From positions 288,001 to 352,000 of the forward strand of contig CBDFLQ010000006.1 in NCBI GenBank assembly GCA_965249275.1: a stretch of DNA of 64,000 nucleotides. The letters run 5' to 3'. Source of the DNA: Dehalococcoidia bacterium (GTDB lineage Bacteria; Chloroflexota; Dehalococcoidia; Plut-88900). This document shows, in pieces, positions 56,372-64,000 of this stretch. Both the position numbers and the translations under genes were made by a program. The notes beneath the pieces are model-generated. The model saw nothing but the letters and a program-made list of their open reading frames with translations. It had not been told where the DNA came from and did not search any database. How positions within the stretch are numbered: the first letter of the stretch is position 1; the number at the start of each line of letters is the position of its first letter.

Positions 56372-57643
56372 ATGCCGCCACCTTTCGAAAACGGTCGTCT
56401 ACCTCAGGCCCTGGCCCGGATGAAGGTCCTTGACCTTACCCAATACGTCGCTGGGCCTTTTTGCACCAAGCTCCTCGCCGACTACGGCGCCGAAGTTCTA
56501 AAGGTAGAGAGACCGGGCCAAGGAGACCCGGGGCGAAGGCTCGGGCCTTTCCCCAACGACTCCCCCCACCCCGACACCAGCGGCCTGTTCCAACACCTGA
56601 ACGGCAACAAGCTGGGTGTCACTTTGGACTTGAAGCACACTACGGGGGTCAAGATATTCGAGGAGCTAGTCCGGTGGGCAGACGTGGTCGTCGAGAGTTT
56701 CAGGCCCGGCGTGATGGCCGGTTTTGGCCTTTCCTATTCCCGCCTGTCGGAGGTCCGCCCGGGCGTGATACTGACTTCCATCTCCAATTTCGGACAGACT
56801 GGGCCCTACAGGCACAACAAGGCCACCGAGATAATAGAGTACGCTATCGGCGGCCCGATGCTATTCACTGGCACCTCATCCCGAGAACCTTTGAAGCTCG
56901 GGGGTCGAGTGGGGATGATCTTCGCTGGTCAAGAGGCTGCTATGGCAACCCTCATGGCCTTCTACAGAAGTATGGGGCGCGAATGTGCCGGTGAACACGT
57001 CGATGTCTCGATAATGGAGACCCAGGCCGGATCCATCGATAGGCAGACCGCGCTGTTGCTCAATTATCAATACACCGGAAACAGGTTCTCCCGACTTGAT
57101 GCCTCAGAGGCGTACCTGGGGGGCGTATACCCTGCACATGACGGTAACCTGGACGTTCAGGTCATAGAGAGATTTACCCAGCTCTTAGCTGGCATCGGCC
57201 AGCCCGACACCATCACCCCATCTGAAGCTGTCGTCTTGACCCAATTTCTCGACAAATGGGAAAACGCAGATGGCAACCCGCTGGAGAGTAAAGAGCTTAT
57301 CCGTGAGCTCGGTGATATTTTGGAGGAGTGGGTCCTGGCCCGCCCCGTGGGCCCGGCCTTGGCCCAACTCCAGAGGCATGGTACTTTGTCGGCCCCCTTC
57401 TACGATGCCGCAGGTGTGCATTCTGACCCTAGTTTCAGACTGCGAGGCCTGTGGACCGCGGTCGAGAGCGCCAACTCGAGCCAAAGCAGATTCCCCGGTC
57501 GCCATACCATAATGGAGCGTACACCGTGGCAACTACGGAGGCCCGCGCCCGGACTCGGTGAGCATAATGCCCATGTCTATGGCGAGATGCTCGGATACAA
57601 CCGACGAGACCTGGCGAGGCTACGGCAGATGGGGACAATCTAG
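56372..57643 (+). CDS. Family III CoA-transferase (CaiB/BaiF), start uncertain
   Basis: VLDLTQYVAGP, LADYGAEVLKVE, ESFRPG, FGQTGPY, APGLGEHN. Confidence 0.88.
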   Translation: MPPPFENGRLPQALARMKVLDLTQYVAGPFCTKLLADYGAEVLKVERPGQGDPGRRLGPFPNDSPHPDTSGLFQHLNGNKLGVTLDLKHTTGVKIFEELVRWADVVVESFRPGVMAGFGLSYSRLSEVRPGVILTSISNFGQTGPYRHNKATEIIEYAIGGPMLFTGTSSREPLKLGGRVGMIFAGQEAAMATLMAFYRSMGRECAGEHVDVSIMETQAGSIDRQTALLLNYQYTGNRFSRLDASEAYLGGVYPAHDGNLDVQVIERFTQLLAGIGQPDTITPSEAVVLTQFLDKWENADGNPLESKELIRELGDILEEWVLARPVGPALAQLQRHGTLSAPFYDAAGVHSDPSFRLRGLWTAVESANSSQSRFPGRHTIMERTPWQLRRPAPGLGEHNAHVYGEMLGYNRRDLARLRQMGTI

Positions 57644-57648
57644 CAGCC

Positions 57649-58971
57649 ATGACCTCTACCAAGCTTCCTCTTGATGGTGTGCGGATCGTGGACCAGACCC
57701 TTGCGTGGGCAGGGCCCTTCGGCACGCAGCTTCTGGCCGATTGGGGAGCCGAGGTGATTCGGGTCGAGCCTCTCCAATTCATGCAACGCGCAACCCGTGC
57801 CCCGAATATCAGGCCCTTCAAAAGGCCTACCTCCAACTGGGCAAACGACTATCCCGATGGGATACCGGGAGAGCGGCATTGGAACAGGCACTTGATGTTC
57901 CAGGTCCATGGCCGGAATAAGCTAAGTATTACTTCCGACCTACCCGACCCCGACTGCCTGGAGGCATACCTCAAACTCGTAGCAATCTCCGATGTAGTCA
58001 TGGAGAACAACGTCCCCCAGACCTATGCCAAGATCGGGGCCAGCTATGAGATGCTCCGTCAAGCCAGGCCCGACATCATCATGGTGAGGCTGCCCGCCTA
58101 CGGACTCCACGGGCCCTACGCCAAATTCCGAGCAGCTGGACGTCAAATGGAGTCCATGGCTGGCCACAACTGGATTCGAGGGTACAGGGACGAGTCCCTA
58201 TCCGATTCAAAGGACTTGATATCCATCAGAGGCACCACCTATCTCGCCGACGCCGTCGGAGGGGTTAGCGAGGCCTTTGCCACCCTGGCGGCCTTATGCC
58301 ACCGCAGGGAGACGGGGGAGGGTCAGTTGGTAGAGGTGGCAAGCACCGAGGCAGTGGTACATCATGTGCCTGAGTCGGTAATAGACTACGAACTAAATGG
58401 TCGTATCCAGGGTCCGCTGGGTAACTCCAACCCCTCGAGGGTGCCCCAAGGCTGCTACCGATGCCAAGGTGACGACAACTGGTTGGTCATTTCCATCGGA
58501 AGTGACGACGAGTGGTCGGGGCTAATTCGGGTAATGGGCGACCCACCCTGGGCCCGAGAACGCCGCTTCGCTACAATACTGGGCAGGTACCGCTGTCAGG
58601 AAGAGATTGATGAACACATCTCGGTCTGGACCCGGGACAAAGACCACGTCGAGCTGATGAATCTGTTGCAGGCGGAAGGTGTGCCTGCGGCCCCTGTCTA
58701 TGACCAAAGAGAATTATTCGACGATCCTCACATGAAGTCTCGAGAATTCTTCCAGGATCTCCACCAATTCTCAACAGGAAACCACCAGTATCCCGGCATG
58801 TCGTGGAAAATGACCCAGACCCCAAATGCCATCAGGAGGCCATCTCCTATGTTGGGGGAACAGAACGAGATGATCTACAAGGATCTCTTGGGCCTCACCG
58901 AGCAGGAATACAAGAAGCTTGAGGACGCCGGCCACATCGGCATGGATTACCCGCCCCGCCTCTACGACTAG
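57649..58971 (+). CDS. Family III CoA-transferase (CaiB/BaiF)
   Basis: WAGP, LADWGAEVIRVE, RNKLS, YLADAVGG, YRCQGDD.W, PMLGEQN. Confidence 0.9.
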   Translation: MTSTKLPLDGVRIVDQTLAWAGPFGTQLLADWGAEVIRVEPLQFMQRATRAPNIRPFKRPTSNWANDYPDGIPGERHWNRHLMFQVHGRNKLSITSDLPDPDCLEAYLKLVAISDVVMENNVPQTYAKIGASYEMLRQARPDIIMVRLPAYGLHGPYAKFRAAGRQMESMAGHNWIRGYRDESLSDSKDLISIRGTTYLADAVGGVSEAFATLAALCHRRETGEGQLVEVASTEAVVHHVPESVIDYELNGRIQGPLGNSNPSRVPQGCYRCQGDDNWLVISIGSDDEWSGLIRVMGDPPWARERRFATILGRYRCQEEIDEHISVWTRDKDHVELMNLLQAEGVPAAPVYDQRELFDDPHMKSREFFQDLHQFSTGNHQYPGMSWKMTQTPNAIRRPSPMLGEQNEMIYKDLLGLTEQEYKKLEDAGHIGMDYPPRLYD

Positions 58972-59042
58972 CCCCGACTCTCTGCCCTCGCCTAATCGAG
59001 TGTAATCCCATCTCGCTAATGTGGGCTAATGGAGGGAATGCC

Positions 59043-59975
59043 CTACCTAACCTGAGGCAGCACCTCTTTGGCAAAGGCCTCGTACATCTCCGGCACCTGC
59101 TCTGGTGGGCACTTAGCCGAAATCACAATGTGGTTCAGCCCGATATCTACGTAGCGCTGGATGCCTTCTATACAGTCATCAACGGTGCCGAAGGCGTAGC
59201 AACCTTCGTCCCGATCAGTTAGCTCACGACCTGCCGCAGTGCGGACGACGGAACTCAGGGTTTCCCAAGCTGCTTCCTTGGATGGACCCAGGCAAGCAAA
59301 CATCAAACATGACCATTCAATAGTCTCGGGGTCCCGACCGAAGGAGACCGCATAGTCGAATATCTTGTCCTTGCACTCCTTGTATAGCTCGGGAGGCGCC
59401 CTGTATATGAATCCATCCCCGAAGCGGCCCGCCCGCCTTAGCGGACCCTCGACCACCTTGCCATTCCAGTATGCAGAAGTCCAGATCGGGAGACTGTTTT
59501 CTCGCACGGGCCTGGGCAATATCGTCAAATTCTCGAAGCTGAAATGCTGACCCTCGTAGGTAACGACGGTCTCATGCACCAGCCTACGCAACACATCAAG
59601 GGATTCATCATTCAACGACACCCGGGATACATTCCCCACCTGTGCCACTTTCAAGTCGCCCGGATATCTCCCTAGCCCCGTCCCAAGTATCAGCCTCCCA
59701 TTGGACATGGCGTCCAGGGACAACGCCGTTTTCGCCAATTGGACAGGTGGCCTGGCCGGAAGAATGAGGACGCTGGTGCCGAGCCGAATGCTCTTTGTCC
59801 GGGTAGCCGCCCCCGAGAGAAGCACCAGGGGGTCCAGGTCTGACGTGGTCAGCAGATCGGGGACCCAGAATGAGTCGTAGCCCCAGGCCTCCGCCTTCTC
59901 GGCCAAGGCCGCCGGGTCAACAATTCCTAGCGGCGTACCCCTCGGGTTGGTTATTCCAAACTGAACACGAGCCAT
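59043..59975 (-). CDS. LLM class flavin-dependent oxidoreductase
   Basis: GYDSFWVPD, RLGTSVL, LDAMSNGRLILG. Confidence 0.87.
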   Translation of the reverse strand: MARVQFGITNPRGTPLGIVDPAALAEKAEAWGYDSFWVPDLLTTSDLDPLVLLSGAATRTKSIRLGTSVLILPARPPVQLAKTALSLDAMSNGRLILGTGLGRYPGDLKVAQVGNVSRVSLNDESLDVLRRLVHETVVTYEGQHFSFENLTILPRPVRENSLPIWTSAYWNGKVVEGPLRRAGRFGDGFIYRAPPELYKECKDKIFDYAVSFGRDPETIEWSCLMFACLGPSKEAAWETLSSVVRTAAGRELTDRDEGCYAFGTVDDCIEGIQRYVDIGLNHIVISAKCPPEQVPEMYEAFAKEVLPQVR

Positions 59976-59999
59976 CACCGAAAGCCGTGGCCCGCGTCC

Positions 60000-61694
60000 C
60001 TACCCGACCATGTCGCAGCTGCGCAGCAGCTTGCCGGGCAATGCCCCCGTGCAGTCGTTCCCTTCGAACGTGACGGTGCCGTTGACTATGGTGTAGCGCA
60101 GGCCCGTGGGCTTCTGGATTAGACGGCGCTCGTCTCCCGGGAAATCATTTGCGAAGATTGCCTTGTCGTATAGGAACCCCAACTCGTCCAGGTTGTAGAT
60201 CATTATGTCGGCCCAGGACCCCACTTTCAGGGTGCCCCGGTCCTTGAAATCGGCGAACCAGGCGGGTAGGGCGCTCATCTTGTAGTGGGCCTGTTCCAGG
60301 CTCATGATCTCCCTGTCCCTGATCCAGAACTGGAGCCAGTACACGGGCCACGTGCTTCCTGTAGCGAACTTGGTGTGGGCGCCGCCGTCTGAGACGGAGA
60401 TGTGGCCGTAGGGGTCATTGAATCGCCTTGCCGCTTTCTGGATTACGTCTTCACCTCGCAGGGTGGGCAGAGCGAAGGTGGTCTCCAGGTCCTCATCCAG
60501 CGCTAGGTCAATAAAAGCGTCTACGGGGTGCTTGCCCGTCATTTCGGCCACCTCGCTGATGGGCCTTCCTTCAAATTGGACATTCCGTTCGTGAGCGGTT
60601 TCCAACACCTTGAGAATGGTCCAGGTGGTCCGGAAGTGCGGTACTCTCTCCACGTCTTCCTTCATGGCCTGTCGAGTCTCGGGCACCCTCAGCTTGGCGG
60701 CTCTCTCCTCGGCGCTGCCCACCAGGGGCTGCACCCAGTTGGGCATGTAGTCGTATAGGTTGTACTCGGATAGTTTGAATTCGCTATCGAAAGGCGTACA
60801 CACTAGCTGCGTCACCAACGGGAGCCCTTCGGCACGGCACGCCTTCAACCAGTCCCGACCCTCGCCCAATTGGGCATCCAGAATATGAAGTGGACGTCCG
60901 CTCTTCCTCATCAACTGCGTGGTCATGTTCCGCACGGCCATACGCTCATCCAATTCCAGGCCCGACCCAATGGTCACCCCTATATGGCCAACTCCGAACT
61001 CGCGCATGACATCCGCCATCGCCAGGAACTCTTCGTCAGAAGCAACCACGGTGGGCAGAACGCTCCCATCCTCGGCCCTGTCTTCCAGGTTCTTGTCCAG
61101 GGCAAATCCGAAAGCCCCCGCCTCCATGCTCTCATGAAACATCCGTTTCATCTCGTTCAGCTCTACATCCGTTACGGAAGTCCTCTCCCGAGCGGCGTAC
61201 ATTCCAAGCACATAGCCCCGCATAGGCGAAAAGGGGAACAGAGCCCCCACGTTTAGCCCGAGCCCCTGCCTGTCTAAACTATCCAGGTACTCTGGGAAAG
61301 TCTCCCAGTCCCAGCGCATTCCTAGTCTCATGGACTTCAGTGGTATGGCCTCGATTCGGTCCATCATCCGCATGTTCAGGTCCTGGTCCTCGGGCCTCGT
61401 GGGTGCGAAACCGAAACCGCATTGCCCGATTGTGAGGGATGTCACTCCGAACCAGCCTGAAAGAGAGGCGTACGGGTCCCAGTTAAGCTGGGCATCATAG
61501 TGAGTGTGAAGATCGATGGCCCCAGGCGCTACGAAGCATCCGGAAGCATCGATCTCTTTCGCGGCGCCCGCAGGAATGTTGCCGCTGATCATTGCCACCC
61601 GACCATCCTTCACCGCCACGTCGGCCTGACGACGTGGGACACCAGTGCCATCAATAACCGTTCCGCCCCTAATTACTAGATCGTACTCTCTCAT
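60000..61694 (-). CDS. N-acyl-D-amino-acid deacylase-like amidohydrolase
   Basis: GGTVIDGTG, PGAIDLHTHYD, SDGGAH, DRGTL..G.WAD. Confidence 0.9.
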   Translation of the reverse strand: MREYDLVIRGGTVIDGTGVPRRQADVAVKDGRVAMISGNIPAGAAKEIDASGCFVAPGAIDLHTHYDAQLNWDPYASLSGWFGVTSLTIGQCGFGFAPTRPEDQDLNMRMMDRIEAIPLKSMRLGMRWDWETFPEYLDSLDRQGLGLNVGALFPFSPMRGYVLGMYAARERTSVTDVELNEMKRMFHESMEAGAFGFALDKNLEDRAEDGSVLPTVVASDEEFLAMADVMREFGVGHIGVTIGSGLELDERMAVRNMTTQLMRKSGRPLHILDAQLGEGRDWLKACRAEGLPLVTQLVCTPFDSEFKLSEYNLYDYMPNWVQPLVGSAEERAAKLRVPETRQAMKEDVERVPHFRTTWTILKVLETAHERNVQFEGRPISEVAEMTGKHPVDAFIDLALDEDLETTFALPTLRGEDVIQKAARRFNDPYGHISVSDGGAHTKFATGSTWPVYWLQFWIRDREIMSLEQAHYKMSALPAWFADFKDRGTLKVGSWADIMIYNLDELGFLYDKAIFANDFPGDERRLIQKPTGLRYTIVNGTVTFEGNDCTGALPGKLLRSCDMVG

Positions 61695-61843
61695 TGCATA
61701 ACCCTTCTTTTACAGATTTGATCACGTGTTCTTTTTTGTATGCTATCGACTGGTCATCTCCACACAGATCGACCTTGTACAATTCGCCGAGGCACTAGAA
61801 CTATGACTCCGGTTTGATATTACACCATATGCAGTTGCAGGCT

Positions 61844-62908
61844 CTACCAGGACTTCAAGACCGGCAGCACTTCTTTGGCAAAGAGCCTCAAGCCTCGCTC
61901 CGCGACAGGCAGAGGTGTACCACCGAAGCGGAAGGCGATGTTCAACTCGAAATCGCCTAGCAGGGCTCTGCGTTCCTCAAGCCCGCGTAGAATCTTGTCC
62001 GGTGTGCCCCAGCTCGCCGCCTTCATAAAACCTTTTACCGCTCCTTCGAGACCCGCCGAACGCGCTATTTCAGCTTTCTGTTGATAGGCGTTGTACCCCT
62101 TCACCGACTTAAAGTGATCGCTAAGAAATTCGTAGTGGTAAAAGTTGCTCTCGACAAATTTGCCCTGGTATTGGAGCGCTTCTTCTTCGGCCTCTGCCAG
62201 GTCAGGGCCGCATATGGCAAATTCGGTGAGCAGCAAGGTTGGTGGCTCCGTGCCGTGAAATTCACGGTGCAATGCTCGGCCCCGCTCAATTCCCTCCATC
62301 CGCATTTCCCAAGGACGATCAGCGAACATGATTATGTGCGCTCCAAGTTTGGCCGCCGAGAGAATAGAATCGTCGCTGGCGGCAACGGCGTAGATACGCC
62401 CGTCGAAAGAATGCTGCGGTCGAGGCCTGAGTTCCGTCCGAGGTTGTTTGAAGTAGGTCCCGTTTCCCTCAATGAAGCCAGTCTTTAGAGCCTCTACAAT
62501 CATTGGCGCTGCCTCGTCAAAACGGCCCCGAGACTCATCCATACTGATCCCAAAGGCCTGGAACTCTCGGCGCGCCAGACCTCGCCCAAGCCCCAGCCGG
62601 AGTCTCCCATTGCTCAACATGTCGAGAACGGCAGCGTTTTCCGCCACCCGCACCGGATCATGCCAGGGGAGTATCACGGCGGCCGTTCCCACGTCGATGT
62701 TGGGGTGCTTGGCCGCCAGATGAGTCATAAGCTGGAGATTGTCCGGCACGAAGGAATAATCGTTGAAATGGTGCTCCGTGGACCAGAGGCAGTCGAATCC
62801 CAAGTCCGCAGCTATGTCAGCAAGGTACAGGTCCTCTTTCCACATCTGACCGTCCGGGCCATCGTCCCAGCCGTAGCTGGAAAAGATCATCATCATTCCG
62901 ACATCCAT
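61844..62908 (-). CDS. LLM class flavin-dependent oxidoreductase
   Basis: EHHFNDY, LPWHDPVRVAE, LDMLSNGRL.LG.GRG. Confidence 0.9.
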   Translation of the reverse strand: MDVGMMMIFSSYGWDDGPDGQMWKEDLYLADIAADLGFDCLWSTEHHFNDYSFVPDNLQLMTHLAAKHPNIDVGTAAVILPWHDPVRVAENAAVLDMLSNGRLRLGLGRGLARREFQAFGISMDESRGRFDEAAPMIVEALKTGFIEGNGTYFKQPRTELRPRPQHSFDGRIYAVAASDDSILSAAKLGAHIIMFADRPWEMRMEGIERGRALHREFHGTEPPTLLLTEFAICGPDLAEAEEEALQYQGKFVESNFYHYEFLSDHFKSVKGYNAYQQKAEIARSAGLEGAVKGFMKAASWGTPDKILRGLEERRALLGDFELNIAFRFGGTPLPVAERGLRLFAKEVLPVLKSW

Positions 62909-62961
62909 CTGAGTTCTCCTTCGGATTCATTCAATTTACTGGCCGGCCCGAGTGATACATG

Positions 62962-63804
62962 TCAAAAGCTCGGCTTGGTTGAAAATGGGGTCAATTGGAG
63001 TTCGTGGGTCCAGCAGGACTTGTCCTGAGTGTACAGATAATAGAAGGCCTCAGCTATCTTAACGGGATTCATCAGCAATTCAGGCTGTTGCTGCGCCCGC
63101 GGCAGGGCCCGGGTGCCGGGAGAATCAATGAGGCCGTCGATCACCACATTGGCAACATGCACTCCGTACTCGGAATATTCCTCCGTCAACGCCTGCGCCA
63201 GTGTCCGCATCAACACCCTCGGATAGTATAGCGATTGTCCCGTGTACCGCTTTTTGCCCCGCAACGACGACGGGTTATTGGAAATCAGGATAGAGCCTTC
63301 GCCTCGCTCCCGCATGGCAGGCAGCACTTCCTTCACGACCAGGAATGGGCCGCTGCTGGATATGTGCTGCGCGGTTTCGAACATTTCGAAGGGAATGTGT
63401 TCCAGCAATTCCTTTTCCGGCGGAAGATCACGCCCCTCCAGATACCCTGCGTTATAGACCAATACGTTCGGGTCGCCGACCTTATCTCGGATCTGTACGA
63501 ACGCTTCCGCTATGGACTCCCGAGACGCGAGGTCCAGTTCCACTATCATGCTTTCGCCGCCCTGCTCCCGAATCGCTTCCTCCAATGCAGCCGCGTTGGC
63601 AGCCTTTCGGGTAGTCAAAACGACAAAGAATCCCTCCCTTGCAAACTTTAGGGATATGGCTCCCCCAACCCCCCAGCGCACGCCAACCGGCAGCTCGCTG
63701 TCATCGATCGCCCTACCGTGCACCAACTGGGTATTGCGGCCATCAGATTGCCACTTCGATGTCGCCCCCACCACTACGGCGACCGGCTTTCTGGTTGAGT
63801 TCAT
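62962..63804 (-). CDS. Atypical short-chain dehydrogenase/reductase
   Basis: VYNAG, GVHVANVVIDGLID, WTHELQL; split Gly-rich motif, no YxxxK. Confidence 0.82.
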   Translation of the reverse strand: MNSTRKPVAVVVGATSKWQSDGRNTQLVHGRAIDDSELPVGVRWGVGGAISLKFAREGFFVVLTTRKAANAAALEEAIREQGGESMIVELDLASRESIAEAFVQIRDKVGDPNVLVYNAGYLEGRDLPPEKELLEHIPFEMFETAQHISSSGPFLVVKEVLPAMRERGEGSILISNNPSSLRGKKRYTGQSLYYPRVLMRTLAQALTEEYSEYGVHVANVVIDGLIDSPGTRALPRAQQQPELLMNPVKIAEAFYYLYTQDKSCWTHELQLTPFSTKPSF

Positions 63805-64000
63805 GTTGGATTCCTTTCGTGGAGATGTATCCTGCCGGTGATCATCGAAAGTCTATCCTGCTGACAGTGATCACTCCGGCTACCTGCGCTATAAGCAATG
63901 TCAAATACAGGCGGATTGCTCCAGTAGAGCCCAAGGAGGGTTTAGCTTGCTGAATATCCTTGGCGCGGGTCTAACCGGTCTTCAATCCCGTCAGCTTGCT

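Overview
64 kb of a GC-rich bacterial chromosome. Gene content (several luciferase-like monooxygenases, amidohydrolases, family III CoA-transferases, MaoC dehydratases, SDRs, lipoproteins with Pro/Thr/Ala linkers) suggests Chloroflexota, probably SAR202-like Dehalococcoidia (inference, not verified). Housekeeping genes: tatA, tatB/A-tatC, rpsT, rel, dinB, pepN, galU, lepA and a Zn/Mn ABC transporter. There is one complete IS5-family element (7915-9110, CTAA TSD) and a decaying higBA module. The most unusual signals are non-coding. (1) A ~700-nt region without a credible gene (about 5617-6310) lies behind a near-consensus sigma70 promoter with a LexA-like box. It shows a 16-bp long-range helix, many nested stems and a 9-nt loop-loop complement, making it a candidate large structured ncRNA. 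(2) Several short palindromic repeat families are all oriented on the same strand and nested inside each other. They include a 21-22-nt leader-plus-hairpin micro-element present or absent at four distinct sites without target duplication. One nested repeat sits in frame inside the MEMO1-family gene, and the same micro-hairpin occurs at the 3' end of the candidate ncRNA. All calls were made by eye from the sequence and ORF track; no database searches or folding programs were run.
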